Positions 1 to 19,419 of a stretch of 64,000 bases of DNA are shown here, one piece after another (positions within the stretch are counted from its first letter, which is position 1; each line of letters begins with the position of its first letter). The notes below the pieces were generated by a model, which had not been told where the DNA came from, searched no databases, and saw nothing but the letters and a program-made list of their open reading frames with translations. Source of the stretch: the human T2T-CHM13v2.0 reference genome, Homo sapiens; the NCBI RefSeq assembly GCF_009914755.1, contig NC_060935.1. One strand, written 5' to 3'. Position numbers and translations under genes: made by a program.

Positions 1-48
1 GTAGACTCTCCCAGTCTCCTGGACTTTGCCTTCTTTTTTTTAAATTGA

Positions 49-420
<372 letters not shown>

Positions 421-1562
421 TGAAAAGTGACTTCCACAGAGGCTTTTTAAAGTTAAAGTTTAGGCTGGACGTGGTAGCTCACGCCCATAATCCCAGCACT
501 TTGGGAGGCTGAGGTGGGCGAATTGCTCGAGCCCAGGAGTTCAAGACTAGCCTGGGCAATATAGTGAGATCCCATCTCTATAAAAAATATTTTAAAAAAT
601 AAATAAAGTTGAAGTTTACATTTAAAGTTACCCTCCCCATCTAGCCTTCCACCATCTATTCACTTCTGATCTTATTTTCCTATTTTATTTTATTTTAGAA
701 CTCATCACTTTCTGAAAGTATCCTACTTGTTTATTTACCTATTCACTAGAATCCTTGAGAGTGAGGACCTTATCTGTTTGTTCATCACTATTTCCTTAGC
801 AGTTAGAATAGTGTGTGATGTCATCACATAGAAGATGAGGGTAAAAAAAGAAAAAAAAAAAGAAAAAAAGAATAGTGCCTGATACATAGTAGGCCCTAAA
901 GAAATATTTGGTGAGTAAATGAATAAATTTCATTTTCTCTAGGCTGTAAGATCTTTGAGGTCAGAGACTGTTTTTTGCAGTATTGTATCCCAACTCCTAG
1001 TGTGGTGTCTTATCATGGTACAAACAACTTAATATTTTAAAAGTTGGGCTTATTGCCAGCCATGGTGTGCACACCTGTAGTCCCAGCTACTCAGGAGGCT
1101 GAGGTGGGAGGATTGCTTGCACCCAGGGATTCAAGACTGTGGGGTGCTATGTTTGTGCTTGTGAATGGCCCCTGCACTCCAGCCTGGACAACATACTAGA
1201 CTCTGTCTCAAAAAAAAGTACACACACACACAGGCACATTTTAAAAATAAATTTGGATTTACTGAGGTATCTTTTACATATGGTAAAAGTCACCCTTTTC
1301 CTTGGCTACTGGATACCATTAAAAAACATTTTTAAAATGTAAAAGTAAAGTCAGTATTTTTAATTGTATAGTTCTGTGAGTTTTGACAAATATATCCAGT
1401 TGTATAAATAATACCACAGTGAGATACAGAACATAATAAATGTTTTCTTTGTAATAAGTGAATCGCTAACAAAATCAGTAATCAACCATCAGTATTGGTG
1501 CTGTGTGGGCACTACCAGCTGATCAGCCTCACTGTTATTAACATAGTTTATTTGTCATGCAG

Positions 1563-1654
1563 GTGAACGGGAGGTTGGAACAGAGGCCAAAATGCTGCTC
1601 TTGGCCCGGGAAGATAAGAAACTTCAGTGCTTGGGACTACAGAGCAGGCAGCTG
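1563..1654 (+). CDS. PAAF1: PAAF1 (WD40 proteasomal ATPase-associated factor 1) internal coding exon
   Basis: Acceptor ...catgcAG at 1561-1562; reads EREVGTEAKMLLLAREDKKLQCLGLQSRQL; ends at GC donor CTG|GCAAGT; joins in frame to the 3695 exon. Confidence 0.9.
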
Positions 1655-3694
1655 GCAAGTGGTTCCTATATGACCTTTGAACTCTGAGGCAACCTGGGTC
1701 ACTCTGTGTCTTAGAAAGCTATTTTGGAAACATTTCTACTTGCTCCCTGTGTTCACTTTTGAGAAGGCTGCGTGAGTAAGAGGCAGTACAGTGTAATGAT
1801 TAAGAGTTGTGGGATTTGGAATAAGGGCAACATTTAAATCCCAGTTCTTTTTTTTTTTTTTTTTTGGAGACAGAGTCTCACTCTGTCGCCCAGGTTGGAT
1901 GGAGTGCAGTGGCGCAATCTCGGTTCAGCTCACTGCAACCTCCACCTCCTAGGTTCAAGTGATTCTCCTGCATCAGCCTCCTGAGTAGCTGGGATTACAA
2001 GCCCACCACCATGCCTGGCTAATTTTTGTATTTTCAGTAGAGACGGGGTTTCACCATGTTGGCCAGACTAGTCTCAAACTCCTGACTCAAGTGATCCGCC
2101 TGCCTCAATCTCCCAAAGTACTGGGAGTACAGATGTGAGCCACTGAGCCCAGCCCTGAATCCCAGTTCTTGTGCAGCACTTGCAGAGAATAAAAAAATAA
2201 AATAAATCTCAGTTCTTCTATTAATACTTAATGGTTCCAGCATTGGACAAGTTACTTAACCTCTCTGAGCCTGCTTCCTCATCACTAAACTGGTCATAAT
2301 AGGGTATGTGATGAGGATTAAATGGTCTACTGTTTTGTGATCTTTGTTAAGTCACTTTCCCTCTCTGGACCTTAGTGTGCTATATGTAAAATGATGAAGT
2401 TGTATAGATTTTCTTTATGAGTCCTGCTACCTCTAAGGTAATGTGAAAAAATTCTGAGTAAAGAACTCACGCCCACTGGGCATAGTGGCTCATGCCTGTA
2501 ATCCCAGCTTTCTGGGAGGCCCAGAAAGGGTGGATTGCTTGAGTCCAGGAGTTCGAGACTGGCCTGGGCAAAAAAACCCATCTCTATTAAAAATACAAAA
2601 AATTGGCTGGGCATGGTGGCATGCACCTGTAATCCCAGCTACAGCTACTTGGGAGGCTGAGGTGGGAATATCACCTTAGCCTGGAAGGTCGAGGCTGCAG
2701 TGAGCCAAGATTGCGCCACTGTACTCCAGCCTGGGGAACAAGAGTGAGACCCTGTCTCAAAAAAGGGACTCATGCATTCAGGACTCTTGATCAATTAATG
2801 AACAGACCATTAGTTGAAGTTTCTTCCTACATCCTCTGAATTTTTGCTGGGCAGATTATGTTCTTAACTAAATTCTCTCTTCCCAGAGATTAGATTTTTA
2901 AAATTTCCTTCTAGCTCCTGTGATCGTCATCCAGACAACTTTAGTGATTTGATTTGGCCACAGGGTTTGCTGTTTTCATTTCATCTTGTTACTCCACTGT
3001 GCTGGTGATATTTCCATTTTCAAAGTTTGTTTCAGGAACATTACCATTTTTGCTAATATCGCCTTTGTACTTGAGTTTCCATGCTGGCTTTTACTTCCAG
3101 AGGGAAATCAGGTTTTTTTGTTTGTTTATTTTGTTTTTTGCCTTTTCTTTTTAGTATGTTTGGGGAAGACATGATCAGTTTGAGCTAACAGTAAGGAGAA
3201 AATAAAACTATAATAATTTTTTTTTTCAGATTCATGGGGAGAATTGTGATTCTTTACATTGCTACTTTATTTAAGCCTGTTCATTTTCCTACAAAATACC
3301 CTCCTTCAAAAGGTTGAAGTGACATGGAGCAAAACTTACATGTGGGAATTGCAAGTGTTTCTCAGAAAGTTGTCATGAAAAAGGGGCAAAGAAGGAATTT
3401 TGGTGGTGAGGATCCTGTGAGACAGTGTGTTGAGTGGTAGTAGTTGGAAAACTGCTACTTCAGAGTATATTATATAACCTGCTCAAGTCCTTAGTCAACC
3501 CCAGGTTCCTGAAATCCTGGGAGTACTTCCTTCTCAGTTTTTGGTGAATGTGTAATTTACCATTTGAGAATAATTAAAGGGGGAAGGAAGAAAATATCTC
3601 AAAATATAGTGAAATTTTTCCTTTTTTGGTGCCTGTTTATTCTTGGAAACAAATTAATCTTTAAACAGCATTTTTGCCTCCTACTTGTTCCCAG

Positions 3695-3810
3695 GTGTTC
3701 CTCTTTATTGGCTCAGACGCTTTCAACTGCTGTACTTTTCTCTCTGGCTTCTTGCTATTGGCTGGGACTCAAGATGGAAACATTTATCAGCTGGATGTGA
3801 GGAGTCCAAG
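3695..3810 (+). CDS. PAAF1: PAAF1 internal coding exon
   Basis: ttcccAG acceptor, AG|GTGAGT donor; VFLFIGSDAFNCCTFLSGFLLLAGTQDGNIYQLDVRSP (WD40-like). Confidence 0.93.
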
Positions 3811-4114
3811 GTGAGTCACCATTCATTTACATGATGCAGGTCTTCTGCAGAGTGGAAATTTTTATTGGCTTTAACATTGATTTAGCCTAGCATATAGATA
3901 ACTATTGAATCAAGGGTATATTTTTCCATTTACAAAGGTTTTCCAGTCTGAATTTTCTGATTTTTCTTATTATTCCTGGACTCATATTAAAATATATGAT
4001 TCATACCATTATGATTGTCTGACTAATGATTGCTTTGAAAATTAAGCTTAAATATAAACTAACATTTCATTTAAATTGATTGTCTAGAACTTTTAATTTT
4101 AAAGAGCTCAGTAA

Positions 4115-4383
<269 letters not shown>

Positions 4384-4820
4384 TGATCTCGAATTCCTGA
4401 CCTCGTGATCTGCCCGCCTCAGCCTCCGAAAGTGCTGGGATTACAGGCATGAGCCACTGTACCCAGCCCTGAATGATCATTTTTAGTTCAAGGAACCCAG
4501 CTCTGTTAGTTATGTAGTTTTGATCATGACCTTTCTAAACAGGCTTTTCTTTGGCCTTAAAGATATCCAAAGAGAATCACACAATCTCTCTGTTGCAGGA
4601 TTTAACAATTTCTACAATTTTGTCCCTTCCTCCTTTGATTTCCTTCCTTTTTTCAACTGATATTTATTGAAAATAGCTTCTGTGGGCATCAGGCTTGGTT
4701 CAAGGCACTGAAAACCAGAAATAAAAGGTACAGGCTCTGGGCTGGGCGTGGTGGCTCACGCCTGTAACCCCAGCACTTTGGAAGGTCAAGGTGGGTGGAT
4801 CACCTGAGGTCAGGAGTTCA

Positions 4821-5018
<198 letters not shown>

Positions 5019-5500
5019 TCAAAAAAAAAAAAAAAAAGATACAGACTCTGCCTTTGAGGCACCTGGAGTCTAATGGTAAAGATGGACAAGTAAAAGACTG
5101 TTGTGCAGTGTGATCACTTGTCTGACAGGGCTAGCTACAGAAATCTAAGGAAGCACCAAAAAGGAGAGGGAAGGAGGTGAGACTGCTTCTCCAAGGAAAT
5201 GAGAAACATTGGGTCTTGTTGAGTAGGACGTTGCCAAGTAAAGAAGGAGGAAAAGAGCTGGCCTCGGTAGAATCCCATGTATAGAATCCCATATATGAAG
5301 GCATGTGAAGGGGATTGTTTTCAGGAGTCTATGACAGGTATGTTCCCTGCATATGAGGGCAGTGGTGAGAAGTGATACCAGCAGGAAAACAGGAGCTGCT
5401 CTGACCTTACCTGCCATTCTAAGTTTATTCCAAGAGTAGGGAATAAATTCCAGTAGATGGTGACTAGCTTATACCTTTTCTTCCATCATTTCAGTTACTT

Positions 5501-5535
<35 letters not shown>

Positions 5536-5666
5536 CTCCACAGAGATAGGGAATCTCTGATCACTATTATAAAGTCACACTTACATATATATTAAATTGA
5601 TTCTCACTCAGCTTTCTCTTTCTTTTTTTTTTTTATTTTTTTTTGAGATGGAGTCTTGCTCTGTAG

Positions 5667-5765
<99 letters not shown>

Positions 5766-6099
5766 TGACAATTTTAATATTTTACAACAAATCTTAATTC
5801 TTTTGTTAAGTGAAAAGTTTAACATACTGCTAATATTGTTATCTTCAACCCATGTCATACCTACCTTAAAAACTCAGGATTTGGGTGGTGACTTAGTTCA
5901 TGTTTAGAGACATGGATGGTTTTTGAATTACCTTAATCTGCCAGTTAAGGTTCTTGCCAGGAAAGAAACCATAGAAATGTTTAATCTTTCTTCACATTTT
6001 ATCCTGTTTGCTCTTATGTGGTTAGTACTATATGTTGAATATAGTCAAGTATTGCTTTTGAAGAAAGAAAGTAAAATTTCCCCTTTCTCTGAATCCTAG

Positions 6100-6182
6100 G
6101 GCTCCGGTACAAGTCATCCACAGATCAGGAGCACCAGTTCTATCCCTGCTAAGTGTCAGAGATGGATTCATTGCTAGCCAAG
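6100..6182 (+). CDS. PAAF1: PAAF1 internal coding exon
   Basis: cctAG acceptor, AAG|GTGGGT donor; (R)APVQVIHRSGAPVLSLLSVRDGFIASQ; phases match the neighbouring exons. Confidence 0.93.
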
Positions 6183-7385
6183 GTGGGTCCATGGGCCAAT
6201 TGAGAGAGATGCTTCTCTGTAGTTCAGTTAATTAAACATAGTTTTAAGTGTCTGATCTATGGCTGGGTTGGGGCATGGTCCCCCATGATTCTTTGGCATA
6301 TTGTACCTATCAATAGTGTTTATCACTCTACGTTGTGATTGTCTGTGTCCCCCTCCAGTTCAAACTCCTTGAGGGTGGTGACTGTGCCTTATTCATTGTG
6401 TTATTCCCAGAATTTAGCTCAATGCCCACCACTCTTCTGCCTTAAAGGAGCTCACAGTAAGGCAGACAGACGTGTGAACATTTGATTGCAGTCCAGTTTG
6501 ATAAGGACTACATCAGAAGACTGCATGAGGAAATGAAGAATAGCTAATTCTAGAGGTAGGAGTGCTGTCAGCAAGGTCTTCGTGAACTACGTGACATGTA
6601 AACTGATAAAGATTTCACCCACTGGAGATGTAAAGAGGGACACTGAAAGCTGAAGCTATTGTATATGCAAAGTCATAGATGAGGCAAGCGGGGGCAAAAG
6701 AAGAAGAGCACTAGCATTTCCAGAGGGCCTGCTATGTAGTAGGTACTGTGTTTGATGCTTTACATACATATTCTAGGTAAAGCGAGTATCTTAATGTAGC
6801 CAGGACAAACTCTTTGGAATGGAGTTCAGGAATGGTGTTGGGGAAATGCCTGGAGCAAAGTGTACATTAAGGGACACTGGATCCTTGTAGGAATGATGTA
6901 GGTCAGGAGGACTGGACTATACAGCCTGGAGGGACTACCTACCTACCTTGAGCATTTCAGTATGTCAGTTAGGATGTTTTGGGCTGTTATTTACAGAACA
7001 CCCAGCTGAATATGGTTTAAACAGTTAGGAAAGGATACTGCTTCACTTAACAAGAAGTCCAGAGTCCATTTCAGATTATATTAATTTAGTGATTTGAAAA
7101 TAAAGTCAACCAAAGAGACTAAGGAAACTTGACAACTAAGTCAGTGGTATTCTGGATTGGATCCAGGATGTTAAGGAAAGACTGGTGAAAAAAAAAAAGC
7201 ATGCTGTTTAGGTGGTAGTAGTGTACCAATATTGGCATCTTAGTTTTGACAAATGTAAGGTGATAACATTTGGGAAAACCTGAAACTGATTAAGGGCATA
7301 TGGGAACCTTCTGTATTATCTTTAACTAACTTTTCTGTAAACCTAAAGTCACTCCAAAATATAATATTTTTTATATATTTTTTTA

Positions 7386-9379
<1,994 letters not shown>

Positions 9380-9685
9380 TTTTTGTACTTTTCTACTTTT
9401 CTGCTGGGAAGAAGGCAAGGCATAACTTCCAGTACTGATGTCTAAAGGCAAAGGGAGTAAGATTATAACTCTGTTTTCAGAGGACAAAACTAAGACCAAT
9501 AAGAGAAAGTTATCAGAAACCACATTTCAGTTAATTATAAAGGAAAAGCTTTCTTTTCCTTAAGAAAGAAGCTGCCCTTAAGGTAGTGGGCACCCCTAAC
9601 TCTGGAGATGGGCAAGTGTAGGCTGTTTGGCCGCTCTGCCATGTGCTGTAGAGGGAGTTCTGTACTGGTTTAGAAGTTGGATATA

Positions 9686-10046
<361 letters not shown>

Positions 10047-10659
10047 TTAAGTTGCCAGATGAAACAAAATAAAAAACAAAATTTTTTGATGCAAATTGCC
10101 AAACATATCTAAAAGTAGACAGAATGGCACGATGAACCTGTTATACCCATTATCCAACTTAAGCTATTATCAATATATTGCTAATCTTGTTTTACCCATT
10201 CCCTTGCATTCCTCAGTCTTCATATATTTTGAAATATATCATGAGCGTCTTATTTCATCTGTTAGCATTTCTATATGTCTCTCTAAAAGACAAGGATTCA
10301 TTTTTGGAGAAGGTGATTTTTAATAGTAATGCAAAAAAGGGTAAGGTACTACCTCGTATATGCTGCTGCTTGAATGTAGATTAACAGATAAATTTGGAAA
10401 ACAGTTGTTCAGATTTCCAAAAAGTTTGAAAAGGTTAATGTCTGCTGATTCTTTTCCAGGTCTTTATATATACAAAGTCATAATCTTAATACAGAAAAAA
10501 CTTTATGCATAAAGACATTCGTTTATGCACATGCTGTCAACCATGTAAAATAGGCACAAAAAAATAGATCAAAATGTTAACAGTAATTGCCTTTGAATGG
10601 TAGATTAGGGGTGATTTTTGTACCTCTGCTTTGTTTAGTTTTAAAGTTTTGTTCAGTGA

Positions 10660-10849
<190 letters not shown>

Positions 10850-11153
10850 TAATTTTTTTTGTATTTTTACTACTTTTATATTAACAAAAAGAAATCACCT
10901 TATTAAGCAGTTTATAGATCACCCCTATGATTCATTTGTTTCATTTGTCCATGCTCTTTTAAGAATTAGATACACTTTTACTTTCTTAGTGTAACTGTCC
11001 TCTTTCTCCTAGTGTATACAGTCAAATTTACAGATTGAGGAATAATCTGGGAACATTTTAATAGGGAATATCTACACAAATGTTTCTTTAAAAAATGTTA
11101 AAGACATTTTTTAGACATTCCCTATTAAATATAATCTAGGATAAGTTTATAAA

Positions 11154-11178
11154 TACACACACACACACACACACACAC
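11154..11178 (+). repeat. (AC)n microsatellite
   Basis: Read directly. Confidence 0.9.
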
Positions 11179-11297
11179 CTGTGGTTGCTTGCTCTGTGCC
11201 TTTGGCAGGCATTGCTAATCAAAGACATCTCTTTTTCCCACAGAACTTGCACTTGCTCTTCAAATCCAGCCCAGCTCAGCATTCTAGGCAGCCACTA

Positions 11298-11679
<382 letters not shown>

Positions 11680-11764
11680 CTACAGAAGCAAATAAAAATA
11701 CTGAGTTTTTAAACTCTGGATGCAGTTTTCTCTTAGTTATATGAATTTTCTTTCTGCCTTTCAG

Positions 11765-11847
11765 GTGATGGAAGCTGTTTTATTGTCCAGCAAGACTTAG
11801 ACTATGTCACTGAGCTCACTGGGGCTGACTGTGACCCTGTGTACAAG
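11765..11847 (+). CDS. PAAF1: PAAF1 penultimate coding exon
   Basis: ttcAG acceptor, AAG|GTACAG donor; (G)DGSCFIVQQDLDYVTELTGADCDPVYK. Confidence 0.93.
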
Positions 11848-12020
11848 GTACAGGCCTGAGACGACACCAGACCTGGGTGATTCTCATGAGAGATCTAGGG
11901 CTTTTATGAGACTGAATCCAGATACCTTGTGGTCATTAGGGATGATAAAATAGTGCTTATTGTATAAGCAGTGTGGTAGGATGGCAAGAAATCAAGAGCT
12001 TAACTCAGAAGTGATTTCTG

Positions 12021-12632
<612 letters not shown>

Positions 12633-13275
12633 GTGACTTCATCACTTACTAGCTCTAGAAACTTAAAAACTTACTTTACCTCACTAGTCTGTCAATTCAT
12701 CTGTAAAGATAGTAATCTGAAAACTCTTTGTAAATACATTCTATAAATATTATTCATTCTTATTATTATTAAGACTTCTAGACTGATTTTTTCATTTGAT
12801 TCAAATAGAGAAAAACAAAAGGGGAATATTTATTGACCAGACACTGTGCTGAACGTTTTATATACGTTATCTCATGTAATCTTTGTTACTATTTGTTGAG
12901 GTGTAGGTATTACTATTCCTATTTTTTCCTATAATTTAAAAAAAGTTGTACAATTAATATCTGTAAAAGTTCAAACAATACAGAATGATACAGATTTAAA
13001 AGTCTCCTTTACGACCTTTTTGGTTCCCTTTCTCTTTTCCAGAAGTAACTAGCATTAAAAGTTTGGCACATATTTTTCAAGACTATTTTCAGAGAATTTG
13101 CACACTTACATCTTTATGTATTAATGTAAATAATATACTTTTATCTTCAGTTTGTACGTAATTGAGACTATCTCTATATATTGCCCTGTGACTTTTTTTT
13201 AATTACCATCTTAGAGCTGTTTCCAGGTAAATGCATATAGATCTATTTCTTTCTTTCTTTCTTTCTTTTTTTTGA

Positions 13276-13434
<159 letters not shown>

Positions 13435-13563
13435 TAGTAGAGACGAGGTTTCTCCATGTTGGTCAGGCTGGTCTTGAACTCCCGACTGAGGCCTGCCTCA
13501 GCCTCCCAAAGTGCTCGGATTACAGGCGTGAGCCACCGCGCCCAGCCATCTATTTCATTTTTA

Positions 13564-13977
<414 letters not shown>

Positions 13978-14434
13978 CTAGTTGGTAGTAAAGCTGAGAC
14001 TAACTCCAGAATTCATGCTGTTTTCCTTGAGGAGTTGATGAAATCCTCCTCAGAAAAAAAGACACATATTCAGAACATTTTTGCATCCAATTTTATAAGG
14101 TTCAAGAATAGTCAAGCCCATCTCTGAACCATCTCCTCCCTAGAGGCAGACCATCTGTGCTAAACCTGAACAATACTAATGGGTTTGCTTTCCACTTGGG
14201 CCAATTAGTTTCTCTGTTATATAGTCATGGTGCATCCCAACCATTGGTGATTGGGATGCATCCATCACTATGGGCCAACAATTTTTGTAAGCACATAATT
14301 ATGGATGTAATTCTGTTGCCTTCATAAAGCCTTCTCAGACTCCATGGGACTAGTGTGTGTCAATCATAAGCCTCCATCTTTTTGAAATGGAAGAATCCCA
14401 GGCTTCCTTTGAACTGTGAATTCTTGTGTTTTAG

Positions 14435-14512
14435 GTAGCCACATGGGAGAAGCAGATCTACACATGCTGTCGAGACGGTCTTGTACGACGCTACCAGCTT
14501 TCTGACCTCTGA
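14435..14512 (+). CDS. PAAF1: PAAF1 terminal coding exon
   Basis: tttAG acceptor; VATWEKQIYTCCRDGLVRRYQLSDL then TGA at 14510-14512. Confidence 0.93.
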   Translation, partial: VATWEKQIYTCCRDGLVRRYQLSDL

Positions 14513-14855
14513 CTTCTTGGAAAGAGCAGTCCCGGTTAGTGAAAAGGTTTGACCCTGATCAACAATGAGCAGAAACATCATCAGTCCTTCCCAAGGACCA
14601 TGGCGTTTAATGTCTTGGGCACCCCTTGGAAATCACAGAAAGTCAGCTGTACTGGCCGTGTGGAACTCTCATCCCAAGACCTACTTTGAACTGAGTAAGA
14701 AGGTCATTGTGCCCACTGCATTTGTTCCAACTTCTCCTTGTATAAACTCACCCCAGCAACACAGGGCAAGGATATAGATGCTTTTAGTTTGTTCTTAAAC
14801 CAGTTTTGTTAAATGTTTACAAGGACCTCAGTACTAAAGCCTGTTCTCTGGAGGA

Positions 14856-14861
14856 AATAAA
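14856..14861 (+). terminator. PAAF1: PAAF1 polyadenylation signal AATAAA (a second one at 15002-15007)
   Basis: Canonical hexamer about 345 nt after the stop codon. Confidence 0.65.
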
Positions 14862-15199
14862 GAAAATATGTTTGGAGGTGCCTGAATATGAAGAACTTTG
14901 TTAAATACTCTTACTCCAGCAAAAAGTTGGTCAGGACGATGGAATTCCTTCCTCAGCACTCCCTGTTGCCTGGCCATAGAGAAGGCCTGCTTGGCAGTAG
15001 CAATAAATGTCCTGTAAGCTGCCACCTGGGAGAGATTCTTATGCAGGTGGTAACCAACTGTCCCAGTTTGCTTGGAACTAAGGGGTTTTCTGTGACTTGA
15101 AACTTTCAATGCCAAAACTGGGGCAGTCTCAAACCAACATGATTGGTCAGCCTATATGTAGGTGAGGAAACTGAATCATAAGCATTGTAAAGGCATTGG

Positions 15200-15385
15200 C
15201 TGTCAAAGTGTGGTTCTTAGAACAGCAGCATCAGTATCACCTGGGAACTTGACAGGAAATAGAAATTGTTAGGCCCAATCCTAGACCTAAATCAGAAATT
15301 CTACGGGTGCAGCCAGCAGTCTGTATTTTAACAAGCATTCCAGGTGATTCTGATGTATGCTAAAGCTTGAGAGCCACTGATCTAG
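15200..15385. mobile_element. MER5A-like hAT-Charlie DNA transposon relic
   Basis: tcaaagtgtggt...cagcagcatcagtatcacctgggaactt...ttttaacaag...ccaggtgattctgatg...aagcttgagagccactg matches the recalled consensus; boundaries approximate. Confidence 0.7.
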
Positions 15386-15827
15386 AGGAAGAGATGGTGG
15401 AGGGCACTTTAGTCACAGCTGGAACCCAGGGCTCAAAATGACAAGATCGGTCTGTAGGAGATGAGGCCACAGAGGTTGGCAGAGCCCAAATAGTGAAGGA
15501 GCACGAATGTTAGCTAAGGAGCTCAGACTTTACGTGGTTGGCAGTGGGGAACCACTGAAGGGTTTTAAGCAAGAGAATGGCATGGTCACCTCCTTTTTTC
15601 TCTAAACATAAAAATGGAATCATAATGTATGTATTCCATGGCTTATTTTCACTTAATGTCTCTGAGATTTTCCATCTCAGTACATGTAGACGTTCCTCAT
15701 TCTTTTTTAACAATGTCCAGAATATGGATACCATATTATTTATATTTTTGAGATTATTAGAGAAAAGTTTCTTGAAAGATGTAACACTTGAGCTGGGACA
15801 TGCAGATTAAGATTTTTATTTATTTAA

Positions 15828-16052
<225 letters not shown>

Positions 16053-16363
16053 TAGAGATGGGGTTTCACCATGTTGGCCAGGCTGGTCTCGAACTCCTGA
16101 CCTTGTGATCCACCTGCCTTGGCCTCCCAAAGTGCTGGGATTACAGGTGTGAGCCACCGTACCCGGCCGGCCACCAGAGTTTTTAAAGGCGTATTCTCAT
16201 GTAAATTTTTTTTTTTTAAAGACAGGGTCTTGCTCTGTTGCCCAGGCTGGAATGCGTTGGCATGATTACAGCTTCTGCCTTAACCTCCTGGGCTCAAGCA
16301 ATCCTCCCACTTCAGCCTCCCAAGTAGCTGAAACCATGGGTGCACACCACCACACTCGGCTAA

Positions 16364-16510
<147 letters not shown>

Positions 16511-16905
16511 TAACTTTAAATCCCATTTTTTTCTACAACACCCTGTTACTTAAACCAAAGTGTAAAAAGAAAATACTGCAATTCATTTAATATCTACTCT
16601 GTTCTAGATACTATATTTATATATCTAATTCTTACAAGACTCAAAAAGCGAATGTTATTATTTGTTTTATTCCGATAAGGAAACTGAGACTCAATACATT
16701 AAATACCAGAGGCTTCATTTGGACCTTGGACAGCACCTTCTGCTGCACTGTGTAATCACAGGCAGGTAGCAAGAGACTTTTGTGACTAGAGCAATTTCAT
16801 TTCAAGGTGCAGTTTGTGACAGGGTCAGGTAGACCAGAATGGACATATTCCAGAACTTAGAAACATTAAATCCTAGGAGCTCCAGGTGGAACATCTAAGA
16901 AGTCA

Positions 16906-18030
<1,125 letters not shown>

Positions 18031-19419
18031 TCAGGAGGAATATATTGTGTTTTGAGATCTATTGCATAGCATGGTAGATTGCTAAGAGTAAATTTCAAAT
18101 GTTCTCAACCCAAAAAATGTTAAGCATTTGAGGTGATGGATATGTTAACTGGCTTCATTTAATTATTCCATATTGTATTTATAAGTCACAATAGGACTTT
18201 GTGGCCCATAATTATAAACAAGTATAAATTGTCCATTTACAATTAAAAATCAATTAAAAGAAAAGAGGATAAGGAGGGATATGGCTGAGTACACACAACA
18301 CGTGAATGTCTGTGAGTTCTCATTCCAGGGCTCACTCTTCTACATTGCCACCACATTCGTCCGCTCCTTTTCATACGTCTCCAGAGTCGATGTCCTGGTT
18401 GTGATATATGCAGTGACCCTTGACAGCTGCTCTGAAATCCAGACCCAAACAGAAGGAAAGGAGACCAGCTCTCAGGTGCTCCATAGCCTTGTCCACTGTG
18501 AAAGGAAGGAGCCCCTGCTTTTAGCAGACAAAGCTTTTTCTTTTTTTTCTTTAGGATTAAGGAGTGCATTCTGGGTAAGGAACGGTAGGACACCGACAGC
18601 TCTACAGACTCAGTGAACTTCTGTGCTAGATGGTGTTTCTTGGCTTTGGGATGCCCCCTTGTGACTTCTTATGAGAAATAACCTTTCTCTCCAGACCTGA
18701 AAAGCTGGCAGCAGCAGCAGCAGCTATTCAGCATGTACTTGGTACCAGGCACAGGCCTCACAATAGGTAGATTTCTTTTCTAAACAATACTCTTTGTGCA
18801 TATACTTTATGTTCTTTTTCTATTTTAACTTTTATTTTGCCAATAACCTTAAACTTGCAGAAAAATTGCAAAAATAGTACAAAGGATAGGAAACAAACAT
18901 GAGAAATATTTAAAAATAATAAAAAGAATAAAAAAGAATAGCATCAAGGATTTCAGTACACCCTCACCCGAATCTCCCAGTTGTTGAATTTTTTTTTTTT
19001 TTGAGACAGAGTCTCACTCTGTCGCCCAGGCTGGAGTGAAGTGGTGCGATCTTGGCTCACTGCAACCTCTGCCTCCCGGGTTCAAGCAATTCTCCTGCCC
19101 AGTCTCCTGAGTAGCTGGGATTACAAGGGTGCACCACCACACCTGGCTGATTTTTGTATTTTTAATAGAGACAGGGTTTCACCGTGTTGGCCAGGTTGGT
19201 CTCAAACTCCTGACGTCAAATGATCCGCCCGCCTCAGACTCCCAAAGTGCTGGGATGACAGGCGTGAGCCACCGTGCCCAGCCCAGTTGTCAACTTTTTA
19301 TTATGTTTGCTTTATCACTCTCTTTCTGTATATATGTACACAGGTTATATATGCTATATTTTTTCTGACTCATTTGAGAGTAATATGTAAATGTTACATT
19401 CTATTACTTTATTACCATT

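Noticed and set aside
5450-5464. CTCF-like CCAGTAGATGGTGAC
   Set aside because: Mismatches in the core; too weak without ChIP data
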